A stretch of 56,326 nt of DNA from an uncultured Gammaproteobacteria bacterium (GCA_964531275.1 CAZHDZ010000001.1:10556-66881), one strand, 5' to 3'. Shown: positions 28,629 through 38,233, numbered from the stretch's first letter. A program made the numbers and translations. Notes: generated by a model from the sequence alone, not told the origin.

Positions 28629-28637
28629 ATTATATCA
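28629..28637 (-). promoter_or_regulatory. Extended -10 TGaTATAAT (minus strand), exactly 6 nt upstream of ATG 28622
   Basis: Reverse complement of 28623-28637 reads tgatataataacaat, followed by atg. Confidence 0.55.
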
Positions 28638-28670
28638 GATTGTCGCCGATCTTTATCGCAAAGAGGTTGT

Positions 28671-30119
28671 TTATATTTTTTTAACAATTTTGTACAGATA
28701 TGACGTGCCATTATTTTGGAGAAGTTTGATATTGCCATTTTTTTCAAGGTTATCTATTCCCTCAAGAAATTCTTCCCTAGTACCTAAGTAGTGTAGAATA
28801 TTCCAGCTGTCCCCACGATCGATTAAAAGGTAAGAGGGAGTGTCACCAACGCGGAACCACCGACAAGTGGTGGCTTTACATGGTGAATCAACAGTAAAAT
28901 CCTTTTGATTTGGAAATAGGAGGAATATTTGATCTCTATGAGCTATGTGAGGCGCAATGTTGTTTTGAGTGGCTACTGATGCATTTGAGGGTAAGAGAGC
29001 TATCATCTTGCTGATATTGGAAGCGTCGTTATTCTTTTCCCAAAACCAATTTTTTGTAAGATAAGAGAGTGGGAGGTGAAGATAATATTGAAAGAATGCT
29101 GCGCACAACAGAAGATATAGTCCAACCTTCCAATTATTAAGTTTTTTATGTCGAGAAATAAAAATAATAGTAGGTATAGTTAAAAATAACGCTGTAGTGC
29201 TTCTGTAATGAAGGAATATATTTTCAGTTCTTGTAACGCCATTGGCTATTACAAAGTAATGTGATAGATCGCCTAAGAACGGTAACAAATACAAAGGTGC
29301 TGCAAGGGGAATAAAACCAAACCATCCCAAAGAATAGAGAAATGACTTTTGCTTATCAGGGGTGTTTAGAAGGTATGTTGGATTAATGTCTGACAAGAGA
29401 CCACCAGAATTTGCAAATCTATAACCATCAGGAACTACTGTTGGAAAGTATATAAAAAAGAGGATGCCTAGATAAACTAACGATAGCGCTGAAAAGATAA
29501 GTGTCGTTCTGTCTTTTCTTTTTATAAAATATACGAAGCTGATTATTAGAGTGAGTAGAGCTATATCTTCCTTGCAAGCTATTGCAAGAACAAGAAAAAG
29601 CAATGAACTTTTTGTATACTTTTTCTCCAGAAAATATACGTACCAGGACATAAACACGAGTGCAAAAAGCAGGCTGTGTACATCAGACCAAATAGAAAAT
29701 TGGATTCCAAAGAAGGAAAGGAACGAAATTGTAATTGCATAACTTACAAATGTTGTTAGCTTATATATTTTACAAAGTAGTAGGATTGCTACTCCACTTC
29801 CAATTACGGCAATAACTTGAAGAACAATAAGTGTAAGAACTGTATTAAATAACCAGTACAATGGTGCAATCAGTATAAAAATTAACTCTAAGTGATCGAT
29901 GTAAATTGGTGTGTCATAGTAGACATGAGTTGTGGTGATGGGATTCTTAAATTGAGAATATTTCCAAATTGCTTGATCTATAATGGATAGATCGTATCCA
30001 GTTAGGTAATTGTTATGCTTAATAATCGCAAGCAAAAGATAAGAAATTGCAAAAATTCCAAAGATTATTATTGCTGGGTAGTAATCTTTTAGAAATTTAA
30101 TTATTCTTTGAGATCTCAT
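28671..30119 (-). CDS. DUF2079 polytopic membrane protein (predicted GT-C-like glycosyltransferase)
   Basis: GYDLSIIDQAIWKY motif and more than 10 TM segments. Confidence 0.65.
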   Translation of the reverse strand: MRSQRIIKFLKDYYPAIIIFGIFAISYLLLAIIKHNNYLTGYDLSIIDQAIWKYSQFKNPITTTHVYYDTPIYIDHLELIFILIAPLYWLFNTVLTLIVLQVIAVIGSGVAILLLCKIYKLTTFVSYAITISFLSFFGIQFSIWSDVHSLLFALVFMSWYVYFLEKKYTKSSLLFLVLAIACKEDIALLTLIISFVYFIKRKDRTTLIFSALSLVYLGILFFIYFPTVVPDGYRFANSGGLLSDINPTYLLNTPDKQKSFLYSLGWFGFIPLAAPLYLLPFLGDLSHYFVIANGVTRTENIFLHYRSTTALFLTIPTIIFISRHKKLNNWKVGLYLLLCAAFFQYYLHLPLSYLTKNWFWEKNNDASNISKMIALLPSNASVATQNNIAPHIAHRDQIFLLFPNQKDFTVDSPCKATTCRWFRVGDTPSYLLIDRGDSWNILHYLGTREEFLEGIDNLEKNGNIKLLQNNGTSYLYKIVKKI

Positions 30120-31464
30120 GGAGTCTTTGAATTAAATATTCTTTGTTATTTTTTGTAAGGTCTTCATCGACTTCTTCAAAAAGAATTCTAAGTATATCTC
30201 CAACTCCTTTTCCAGGACTCACATTTAATTCCTTCATAATATCATTTCCGTCAATTTCTAGATCATTTATAGAGAAGGGTGGGTGCAGTTGTTCTTCCAG
30301 CCGCTCTTTAAATTTCTTAAGACGCCAGCTTTCTGCTGTTTGGGTTCCGCCTCCCAAGCGGTCTCCTATTCTAAGATCCATCATGTCCTTAACATTCTCA
30401 AGACCAACCCTTCTTATGAAACGCCTTACTGCACTGTCGGTAATATGCTCATCAACTGTGAACATATGCCAACGAATCAAAGTATATATTTTTTCCTTTT
30501 GCATGTTTGAGAGTCTTAGGCGCACTGCAATATCTTTTGCAATTTTGCTACCAACTACTTCATGGTTGTAGAAAATTACAAATCCCTCATTATCTTCTGA
30601 AGCAACATATGGCTTTCCCACATCATGAAGAAGGGCGGCTAATTTTACAATTGGATTCGTTGTTGGACATTCTTTCATAGAAAGAACATTGTGTGTAAAA
30701 ACATCCGTTGTATGATGTCGGCCTGGTCTTGCTTGGGATACGCCTTTTCCTCGAAGAAGCTCGGGGAAAATTATGTCCAGTATCCCTATTTCATCCAACA
30801 GCATGATGCCATCATAAGACCTGGAGGTTGAAAGAATCTTGAGAAGTTCATCTCTAATTCTTTCACCAGAAATATGAGTTATGAGATGAGCATCTTTTTT
30901 TATTGCTTCAAAAGTATCTTTCTCAATCTCAAAGTCTAATTGGGAGCAAAACCTGACCGCTCTCATGAGTCGTAATGCATCTTCTTTAAATCGTTCGTCT
31001 GCATTTCCTACTGCTCGAAGAGTTCTATTGGCAAGGTCTTTTTGACCATCAACAAAGTCAATTATATTTGTCCTGCCATCTTCAATTTCAATTGCAAGAG
31101 CATTTACGGTAAAATCTCTTCTTACGATATCTTCCTTCAGAGTTTTACCCCATTCTACTTTTCCTGGATGTCTATGATCGCTATATCCTGCCTCAGTTCT
31201 GTATGTAGTTATTTCGACATATTTTTTCTCAGTACTTTCATCAGACAATTTGACTCCTACAGTGCCAAACTCATTGTCACAAAATGAATCAGGGAATATT
31301 TTTTGGATTTCCTCCGGTGTCGCATTTGTCGTCATATCCCAGTCAGCAATTGGGAGGTTCATTAGTAAATTTCTAACACACCCACCTACTAGGTATGCCT
31401 CAAAATTGGCCTTTTTCAGCGTTTCGTAGATAGCAACTACTTCGGGGTTAATGGAGTCGAGCAT
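30097..31464 (-). CDS. cca: CCA-adding tRNA nucleotidyltransferase with an HD domain
   Basis: YLVGGCVRNLL, DWDMTT, RDFTVNA, and the HD region HDVGK. Confidence 0.8.
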   Translation of the reverse strand: MLDSINPEVVAIYETLKKANFEAYLVGGCVRNLLMNLPIADWDMTTNATPEEIQKIFPDSFCDNEFGTVGVKLSDESTEKKYVEITTYRTEAGYSDHRHPGKVEWGKTLKEDIVRRDFTVNALAIEIEDGRTNIIDFVDGQKDLANRTLRAVGNADERFKEDALRLMRAVRFCSQLDFEIEKDTFEAIKKDAHLITHISGERIRDELLKILSTSRSYDGIMLLDEIGILDIIFPELLRGKGVSQARPGRHHTTDVFTHNVLSMKECPTTNPIVKLAALLHDVGKPYVASEDNEGFVIFYNHEVVGSKIAKDIAVRLRLSNMQKEKIYTLIRWHMFTVDEHITDSAVRRFIRRVGLENVKDMMDLRIGDRLGGGTQTAESWRLKKFKERLEEQLHPPFSINDLEIDGNDIMKELNVSPGKGVGDILRILFEEVDEDLTKNNKEYLIQRLHEISKNN

Positions 31465-31492
31465 GTGTTATTATTGTTAGGTTATTTACTTG

Positions 31493-31501
31493 AGTATATC
31501 A
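31493..31501 (-). promoter_or_regulatory. Extended -10 TGaTATACT (minus strand) for cca. It overlaps the recJ ATG and lies 28 nt upstream of the cca ATG.
   Basis: Reverse complement of 31491-31503 reads catgatatactca. Confidence 0.4.
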
Positions 31502-33150
31502 TGAAAACCTGGAAAGTTATTCACCCGCAAGACAAAAAAGATGTAGAATTAACGGCTTCAAAAGTGCTTTCTATACTACTTGAGAATAGAAGTATCGATA
31601 TAAAAAAAGATACAACATTTCTAAAGCCTTTATTAACAAACGTTACATTAGAATCTTCAAATATATCAGCAAAGGAATTTGCTGTGTTTAAGAAAAGGAT
31701 TCAAAAAGCAATTCAAGAAGACGAGACAGTAATTGTGTATGGCGACTATGATGTAGATGGAATTTGTGCCAGCGCTATTCTTTGGGAGACGCTCTATTCG
31801 AAGACAAAAAAAGTAATACCCTATATTCCTGATAGGGCCGATGAAGGGTATGGCCTTTCGATTAAGGGGATAGATAATATATTGACTAAAAATCCTGAAA
31901 CGAAATTAATAATAACAGTTGATAATGGAATTGTTGCTTATAGCGCAGTTGATTACGCCAACACAAAAGGAATTGATGTAATTGTTACTGATCACCATGT
32001 AGCGGAAAAAAAGAAACCAGCGTCCATTGCAACAATTCACACAACAAGTCTTTGTGGAGCGGGTATTGCATGGGTGTTAGCAAAAGAATTAGCATTCGAA
32101 ACAAAAGAAGTAATACATGAAAAACTTTCTTTGGCATGCCTTGCAACAGTTGCCGATCTAGTGCCATTGGTAGGTAACAATCGGGCAATCGTAAGTCATG
32201 GCCTGAAGCTTCTTCAATCAACAAAGAGAGTTGGAATAAAAGCGCTATTGCGTGAAGCATCAGTTGAAGAGAATACAGTTTCAACATATACGATAGGGCA
32301 TGTTATTGCACCAAGACTAAATGCTACTGGAAGAATTCAAAGCGCAATGAACGCGCTACGTCTTTTGTGCACGAAGGACAAGGAAAAGGCTCATGCACTT
32401 TCTCAAATGCTTGCAGGAGTTAATAAAGACAGACAAGACATGACTGAAGAAGCGGTTAGCCATGCAAAACTTCTTGCCGTACAAAATCTGTATAGCGAGC
32501 GAATAATCATCGTACAAAGTGATAATTACAATGCAGGTGTTGTTGGGCTTATAGCTTCCCGCTTAGTCGAAAGCAGTTATAAGCCGGCATTTGCAATATC
32601 AGTTGGTGAGGAAATTTCAAAAGGTTCTGCAAGATCGGTTGCTGGGGTTAATATAATCGAGTTGTTGCGCTCAATTGGTCACACATTGGTTGAAGCTGGT
32701 GGCCATCCTATGGCTGCAGGATTTAGCGTAGAGACCTCACGTCTTGAAGAATTTTCGAAAGCATTAGCAAAAGCATCAGAAGGTGTTGTCACTGATGATC
32801 TATTAAATAGAATTCTTAAAATCGATACGGTAATTCCCTTTAGTCTGATTACGGTAAAATTCATTGATGAGATTGGTGTGCTCGAACCATATGGAATGGG
32901 AAACCCTCAACCAACCTTTGCTTCTTACAATGTGGAGATAGTCGAAATTAGAAAAATTGGGAAAACCCAGAATCACTTAAAGATGAAAGTAAGAGAGGAC
33001 CAAAAAGTAATCGATGCTGTCGCTTTCAATTTTGCAGACAAATCAGATGTGGTAATCGGTGACAAGATCGATATCGCCTATACAGTGGATGTTAATGAAT
33101 GGAATGGAAAAATAACCCCACAGCTAAAAATAAAAGATATAAAAAACTAA
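31501..33150 (+). CDS. recJ: Single-stranded-DNA-specific exonuclease RecJ
   Basis: DHH motifs VYGDYDVDGI, TVDNG, VTDHH; DHHA1 motif GGHPMAAG. ATG 31501 is preferred over the ORF-track 31465. Confidence 0.85.
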   Translation: MKTWKVIHPQDKKDVELTASKVLSILLENRSIDIKKDTTFLKPLLTNVTLESSNISAKEFAVFKKRIQKAIQEDETVIVYGDYDVDGICASAILWETLYSKTKKVIPYIPDRADEGYGLSIKGIDNILTKNPETKLIITVDNGIVAYSAVDYANTKGIDVIVTDHHVAEKKKPASIATIHTTSLCGAGIAWVLAKELAFETKEVIHEKLSLACLATVADLVPLVGNNRAIVSHGLKLLQSTKRVGIKALLREASVEENTVSTYTIGHVIAPRLNATGRIQSAMNALRLLCTKDKEKAHALSQMLAGVNKDRQDMTEEAVSHAKLLAVQNLYSERIIIVQSDNYNAGVVGLIASRLVESSYKPAFAISVGEEISKGSARSVAGVNIIELLRSIGHTLVEAGGHPMAAGFSVETSRLEEFSKALAKASEGVVTDDLLNRILKIDTVIPFSLITVKFIDEIGVLEPYGMGNPQPTFASYNVEIVEIRKIGKTQNHLKMKVREDQKVIDAVAFNFADKSDVVIGDKIDIAYTVDVNEWNGKITPQLKIKDIKN

Positions 33151-33488
33151 CCGCAAACAGATTCTGCTTGACTAAGTTGTAAGGGGACTGCAATTGCCGA
33201 TTCACTTGAAGATAATTTAAGAAAGTATTCATGTGCATGATGTAATAAGTATTCGTTTCTCGATCTCTGGGTCTCTTCGCAAGCTAAAGGCTCTATGGGT
33301 TCTGAATACGAAAAACTCTCGTGGAAAGGTTTTGAGTCTGCTGATGGTGTTACCGTTATTACTTTTTCATCCCCTTCAATTTTTAGAGTAGCTCTGCCCC
33401 TATGAATCTTAGCCATAGCAAATAAATTATCAAACTCAAGTTGAGCTTCTGTTGCTGCGGCTATTCTATGTTCTAATTGTAATGGCAT
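33147..33488 (-). CDS. Hypothetical protein (113 aa), no recognisable family. Its 3' end overlaps the recJ stop by 4 nt.
   Basis: ATG 33488 (MPLQLEHRIAAATEAQ...). The ORF-track TTG 33500 lies inside the U-run of the terminator. Confidence 0.5.
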   Translation of the reverse strand: MPLQLEHRIAAATEAQLEFDNLFAMAKIHRGRATLKIEGDEKVITVTPSADSKPFHESFSYSEPIEPLACEETQRSRNEYLLHHAHEYFLKLSSSESAIAVPLQLSQAESVCG

Positions 33489-33498
33489 ATTTTTCCCC

Positions 33499-33528
33499 AA
33501 AAAAAACTCCCTTCTAGGAGGGAGTTTT
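33499..33528 (-). terminator. Intrinsic-terminator-like hairpin on the minus strand (actccct-cctaga-agggagt followed by a U7-8 run), ending 10 nt before ATG 33488
   Basis: Read directly. A 7-bp GC-containing stem followed by a T-run. Confidence 0.6.
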
Positions 33529-33541
33529 CCTGCAAAAGCGC

Positions 33542-33575
33542 AAAAAAGCCCCCTAGGTCGTAATGACCTTAAAGG
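33542..33575 (-). terminator. Second minus-strand hairpin (aggtc-attac-gacct, extended by cct/agg) followed by U6
   Basis: Read directly. Confidence 0.4.
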
Positions 33576-33622
33576 AGTTATTATTGGCGTGGTTTTGTCT
33601 AAATATTTTCACAACAGTAATT

Positions 33623-33651
33623 ATTCTATACATTAAAAAAGGAAGTGTCAA
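33623..33651 (-). promoter_or_regulatory. Minus-strand promoter TTGACA-N17-TAGAAT driving the ~128-nt leader of 33147..33488
   Basis: Plus strand reads tgtcaa at 33646-33651 and attcta at 33623-33628; the spacer is 17 nt. Confidence 0.55.
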
Positions 33652-33672
33652 GCGGCTTTTTGAAGCGAAATA

Positions 33673-33681
33673 TGGTATGAT
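33673..33681 (+). promoter_or_regulatory. Extended -10 TGgTATGAT, 9 nt upstream of the aspS ATG 33691
   Basis: Read directly; no SD. Confidence 0.45.
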
Positions 33682-33690
33682 ACAGCTATT

Positions 33691-35034
33691 ATGCAAAATC
33701 GTGTATTGGCAACTGATGCCCTTTCAAAAGTTGGGAGTACAGTAACATTATTTGGATTTATTGAGAGAGTAAGAAGCCACGGGAAAATTGCCTTCTTTGA
33801 TCTCCGGGACATGACAGGGATTATCCAAGTTGTTGCCGCGACTCCGGAGACAGTTGCCTCTTTAGAGAATGTATCAGCGCAGACTGTAGTAAAAATTGAA
33901 GGACTCATAAAAGAACGTGGTGAGCGTTATATTAATCACGAAATTCCTTTAGGAGGAATTGAGATGGAGCTAACGACTCCTTGTGAGATTGTGTCAAAGG
34001 CAAATGAAATGCCATTTGATATGGGTGGCACAGAACTTAATTTACAACTCCCCACTTTATTAGATTTTCGTACGTTAACGTTAAGAAACCAAAAGATTGC
34101 TGGTATTTTTAAAGTCCAGGCAGCAATATTAAAAGGTTTTAGAAATGCTGCAGAAAATGTAGGTGGGACAGAAATTGTGGTACCGACAATCTCTGCATCT
34201 GCAACAGAAGGAGGAGCAGAGGTATTTAGAGTCGCTTATTATGAATACAACGCATATCTTACGCAGAGCCCTCAATTATATAAGCAAATGATGGTACCCG
34301 TATTTGAGCGGGTTTATACAATATCACATGCATATCGCGCAGAGCCATCTGTTACAACTAGACATTTATCAGAAAATACCCAAATGGATATGGAAATTGG
34401 TTTTGTAGATTTTCCAGAGCTATTGGATATTTTGGAAGGTGTAATTACAGAAACATTAAAATTTGCGGAAAAGGAATCAGAGGGAATTCTTAAAGAGTAT
34501 GGAATTGAAAAAATCGCATTTGGAAAAATTCCAAGACTTACTTTGATTGAAGCACAGGAAATAATTACAAAAGAATACGGGCGAAATGTGATTGGCGAAA
34601 AAGATTTAGCACCGCAGGACGAAGTAGATATTTGTGCATGGGCACTTAAAAATCATGGATCCGATCTTGTGACAATAACACATTTTCCTACCAAGAAAAG
34701 GGCGTTCTACACCATGCCGGATCCCGAAAATCCAGAAGTAAGCCTTAGTTTTGACATACTTTTTAGAGGAGTTGAGATCTCAAGCGGGAGTCAACGAATT
34801 AATGACTACAAGCAACTTTTAGATGCAATTAAAGCTCGCGATATGGATCCTAAGAATTTTAAATTGTATCTTCAGGCATTTGAATTTGGTATGCCTCCTG
34901 AGGGTGGTTTCTCTTTTGGGCTGGAGAGAATCACAATGCATATGTTAAATTTGCAAAATGTCCGTGAAGCATCATTATTTCCAAGAGATATGGAGAGAAT
35001 AGATGAAAGACTCTCAACCCTCAGCCAAAAATAA
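33691..35034 (+). CDS. aspS: Aspartyl-tRNA synthetase, short archaeal/eukaryal-type class IIb (probably non-discriminating)
   Basis: OB-fold N-terminus (GKIAFFDLRD), QSPQLYKQ, class II motifs FRAE-like (AYRAEPS) and GGFSFGLERI; 447 aa. Confidence 0.85.
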   Translation: MQNRVLATDALSKVGSTVTLFGFIERVRSHGKIAFFDLRDMTGIIQVVAATPETVASLENVSAQTVVKIEGLIKERGERYINHEIPLGGIEMELTTPCEIVSKANEMPFDMGGTELNLQLPTLLDFRTLTLRNQKIAGIFKVQAAILKGFRNAAENVGGTEIVVPTISASATEGGAEVFRVAYYEYNAYLTQSPQLYKQMMVPVFERVYTISHAYRAEPSVTTRHLSENTQMDMEIGFVDFPELLDILEGVITETLKFAEKESEGILKEYGIEKIAFGKIPRLTLIEAQEIITKEYGRNVIGEKDLAPQDEVDICAWALKNHGSDLVTITHFPTKKRAFYTMPDPENPEVSLSFDILFRGVEISSGSQRINDYKQLLDAIKARDMDPKNFKLYLQAFEFGMPPEGGFSFGLERITMHMLNLQNVREASLFPRDMERIDERLSTLSQK

Positions 35035-35971
35035 CAAAAAATTTTCAAAAGCTCATTTTTTTGATACTGTAATAATCTTGCTGCTTTTGAATGTAGCTGC
35101 TGTCGCAGTTATTATTTTCTATTTTCAAAGAATATATTCCCTGTCATTGCCTACTTCTTCAAGTAAGTACATAGAGGTAAGCTCAGTCCCCTTGCCAAAA
35201 GATATTGATAGTATCAATGCTTCGGCTTCTGCTTACGTTGTCTACGATATGACTACAAGAACCGTCGTTGCAAGTAAGAATAAGAACTTAAGATTTTCCC
35301 CGGCATCTACTGCAAAAGTTATGAGCGCAATTCTTGTAATGGATTATTACGATATTAACTCATATCTAACCGTTCCTCTAAATATATATTCTATTGAAGG
35401 CTCAAAAATGCATCTTGCTCCTGGAGAGCAGGTTAGTGTCAAGAATTTACTATATGGTTTGATGCTCCCCTCAGGAAATGACGCAGCATACACACTCTCT
35501 TATTATTATAAGAATGGTACTGCTGATTTTGTTGCGGATATGAATAGGAAGGCAAAGGAGTTGGGCTTATTTAATACTTATTTTCTTGATCCTGCAGGAT
35601 ATGAGGATGGTAATTACACAACGGGAGAAGAGTTAGCTCGTTTGGGGGCATATGCAATGGAGAACAAAATGTTTGCTGAGATAGTTAAAACTAAAAGTAT
35701 CGTAGTGAATAATCGGACAAATACCCATGCATTCTTCTTAAAAAATCTTAATGAGCTTTTACAATACGATAATGTGTTAGGAATCAAAACCGGATTTACA
35801 AATGAAGCAGGAGGAGTGCTGCTTACTGCTATTAAAAAAGGGGATTCTACATTTGTAGTGTCAGTTCTTAAAAGTCAGGATAGATTTTATGATACAAAAG
35901 ACTTGATGAGTTTTATTGTTGAGAAGGTTGAGTTTGGACTGCCTCCGGAAGAGCATCCACGTACGCAGTAA
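35003..35971 (+). CDS. Serine-type D-Ala-D-Ala carboxypeptidase (S11, PBP5-like), membrane-anchored
   Basis: SxxK (SPASTAKV), SGN (LPSGND) and KTG (KTGFT). Confidence 0.75.
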   Translation: MKDSQPSAKNNKKFSKAHFFDTVIILLLLNVAAVAVIIFYFQRIYSLSLPTSSSKYIEVSSVPLPKDIDSINASASAYVVYDMTTRTVVASKNKNLRFSPASTAKVMSAILVMDYYDINSYLTVPLNIYSIEGSKMHLAPGEQVSVKNLLYGLMLPSGNDAAYTLSYYYKNGTADFVADMNRKAKELGLFNTYFLDPAGYEDGNYTTGEELARLGAYAMENKMFAEIVKTKSIVVNNRTNTHAFFLKNLNELLQYDNVLGIKTGFTNEAGGVLLTAIKKGDSTFVVSVLKSQDRFYDTKDLMSFIVEKVEFGLPPEEHPRTQ

Positions 35972-36968
35972 AGTTATTTCCAGAGAATACATATATCGGG
36001 AGAAGGAAATCGGTGGTGTCTTTTGTTAGGTAATATTTTAGTTCTACAGTTGTAATATCAATAGAAGTTAATTTATTAGGGTTTATAAGATATGCCTTTC
36101 CTGCTTTAAGATCTTCAAAAGCTTGTGTTGTATTTTTTATCCAATAGTCACTTTTTTCTTCTAAGTCCGCCTCTGGATTGAAGAATATACCTTCTAGTAC
36201 TTGAAGACTTGAGGAGGGGTAAGATACAAGGAAATTAAGAATTGATCCATTTGGTCCTCCAAATACAATTCCATATTCATCTATTGGCTTTTGAAGGAGT
36301 GTTACTCTCGCATAGCGCGCAGTCCCTAGGTTTTGTGCTGTTACAAGGACACCGTTCTGTTCTTCTAGATATTCAACTTTTGACTTCTCAAAATCAATAT
36401 TTTCAATATTTGCATCAATAGTATGTAGAAAAGATTCTATATCTGAAAGAATTGATTCTTCTGAAGGTAAGAGATTTGTTGCAACAAGCGATGGATTACC
36501 AAAATAATTTGAAGTAAGTGAGAAATTCTTACTCACAATATCATATTCAATGATTACTCCTGTCCTTGACTGGGTAAAACGATATAAAGTATCAGAAAGC
36601 TTTAGTTGATTCTCTACAAAATTTCCGGAATCTAGAGTATTCTTTGCATCCTGAAGGGCTAGGAGATTTGGTTTGTTCTGTTTTATCTTGTAAATATTTA
36701 CTCTATTATCTTTAGCAAGAACAGGAAGTAGTCCGTCAACGGTATTGAGCTTATATTCTAGAATCTCTGGAGATTGTTCTGGGAATTTTGGATGTGGTAG
36801 CTCTCCAAACGCTTGTTCTGGTGCTGGGGGAGGCTTTGGGAACATTGCATCCCGTATCATCGTTCCTCCCTGTACAAAAAGAAATAGGACAAAAAGAATA
36901 CCAAATATAATCCCACCTACTTTTAGAAGTAAACGTCCCTCTCGTGTTATCAAAACTAAGCTCGCCAT
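35913..36968 (-). CDS. Hypothetical N-terminally anchored extracytoplasmic protein (351 aa)
   Basis: TM segment VGGIIFGILFVLFLFV; no recognisable domain. 59-bp convergent overlap with the carboxypeptidase gene. Confidence 0.5.
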   Translation of the reverse strand: MASLVLITREGRLLLKVGGIIFGILFVLFLFVQGGTMIRDAMFPKPPPAPEQAFGELPHPKFPEQSPEILEYKLNTVDGLLPVLAKDNRVNIYKIKQNKPNLLALQDAKNTLDSGNFVENQLKLSDTLYRFTQSRTGVIIEYDIVSKNFSLTSNYFGNPSLVATNLLPSEESILSDIESFLHTIDANIENIDFEKSKVEYLEEQNGVLVTAQNLGTARYARVTLLQKPIDEYGIVFGGPNGSILNFLVSYPSSSLQVLEGIFFNPEADLEEKSDYWIKNTTQAFEDLKAGKAYLINPNKLTSIDITTVELKYYLTKDTTDFLLPIYVFSGNNFTAYVDALPEAVQTQPSQQ

Positions 36969-37005
36969 ATTTTGTGCTCATATTGAGTATAGGAGAAGAT
37001 TAGAT

Positions 37006-37011
37006 TAAAAT
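37006..37011 (+). promoter_or_regulatory. -10 TAAAAT, exactly 6 nt upstream of the gltX ATG 37018
   Basis: Read directly; no SD. Confidence 0.45.
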
Positions 37012-37017
37012 GCAAAT

Positions 37018-38232
37018 ATGGTGAAAGTTAGATTTGCTCCTAGTCCTACAGGAATTCCCCACGTTGGTAACGTTAGAACAGCCCTATTTGACTATTTTTT
37101 GGCAAAGTCTACCGGTGGAGAGTTCATTCTAAGACTTGAAGATACTGATCAAGCACGTAAGGTCGAGGGAGCAGAAGAGATAATAAAAGAAGGTCTTCTG
37201 TGGCTTGGAGCTCAGTGGGACGATTTTGTGATTCAGTCAGAAAGGTTAGGAGAATATAAAAAGTATGCAGAAGAGTTAGTAGAAAAGGAGCAAGCTCGAG
37301 TTGAGGAAGGTGCTATTCGCTTTATAGTAAGTAAAGAAGGGACGATCTCTTGGACTGATGCAATTGGAGATAAAGAAGTTACTTATGATTTATCAAATGT
37401 GGAGGACTTCATAATTCTTAAAGCTGATGGATTTCCTACTTATCACCTCGCAAATGTAGTTGATGACCATTTAATGGAAATAACCCATGTTATTCGTGGA
37501 GAAGATTGGATACCATCAACTCCAAAACACCTTCTTTTGTATAAAGCATTTGGTTGGGACGCACCAGTATTTGCACATGTGCCAAACGTTATGGGAACGG
37601 ATGGAAAAAAACTATCAAAAAGAAGGGGAGCAAAGGGAGTGTTGGATTTTAAAAAAGAGGGGTATTTATCTGAAGCATTACTTAACTATCTAATGCTGTT
37701 GGGTTGGTCTCCGAAAGATGATCGTGAGGTTTTGACTAAAGATGAAATTATAAAGAGTTTTTCATTAGATAAAGTGAATTCTTCTCCATCAATTTTTGAT
37801 GAAAGAAAACTTATGTGGATGAACGGGGAATATCTTCGCATGTTAAGCGTTGAGGAATTGGGGAGAAGACTTGTGGAATTTGATCCAGCTGTTAAAAACG
37901 GAATTGATGATAATGATTTTTTAAAATTTGTTGGCAGTGCCCAGACAAGAATCAAAACGCTTGCCGATTTTACTTCTATGGTTGCTCCCTTCCTAAGGCC
38001 TGTTGAGAAAAGAACTGATCTTCTGAAGAATTTTAGCTTGATGCTTGAAAGTATTTCAGAAGATCAATGGGTTAACAACGTAATAATAGAAAGAATTATA
38101 GAATTTATGAAGAACGGCAATATAAAATTTCCTCAAATCTATCAAGATTTGACTGGCAGTAAGGGGGGTTTGCCTTTGGGTGAAGTTTTTGAAATACTAG
38201 GACGGGAAAGAACTCTTGCCCTTCTTAGATAA
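37018..38232 (+). CDS. gltX: Glutamyl-tRNA synthetase (short, 404 aa)
   Basis: RFAPSPTGIPHVGNVRTAL (HIGH-type) and KLSKRR (KMSKS-type). Confidence 0.85.
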   Translation: MVKVRFAPSPTGIPHVGNVRTALFDYFLAKSTGGEFILRLEDTDQARKVEGAEEIIKEGLLWLGAQWDDFVIQSERLGEYKKYAEELVEKEQARVEEGAIRFIVSKEGTISWTDAIGDKEVTYDLSNVEDFIILKADGFPTYHLANVVDDHLMEITHVIRGEDWIPSTPKHLLLYKAFGWDAPVFAHVPNVMGTDGKKLSKRRGAKGVLDFKKEGYLSEALLNYLMLLGWSPKDDREVLTKDEIIKSFSLDKVNSSPSIFDERKLMWMNGEYLRMLSVEELGRRLVEFDPAVKNGIDDNDFLKFVGSAQTRIKTLADFTSMVAPFLRPVEKRTDLLKNFSLMLESISEDQWVNNVIIERIIEFMKNGNIKFPQIYQDLTGSKGGLPLGEVFEILGRERTLALLR

Positions 38233-38233
38233 T

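Noticed and set aside
33501-33690. T-box or other known riboswitch upstream of aspS on the plus strand
   Set aside because: There is no T-box consensus and no specifier/antiterminator architecture. The -10 for aspS lies only 9 nt from its ATG, leaving no leader. The hairpins with U-runs read correctly only on the minus strand.
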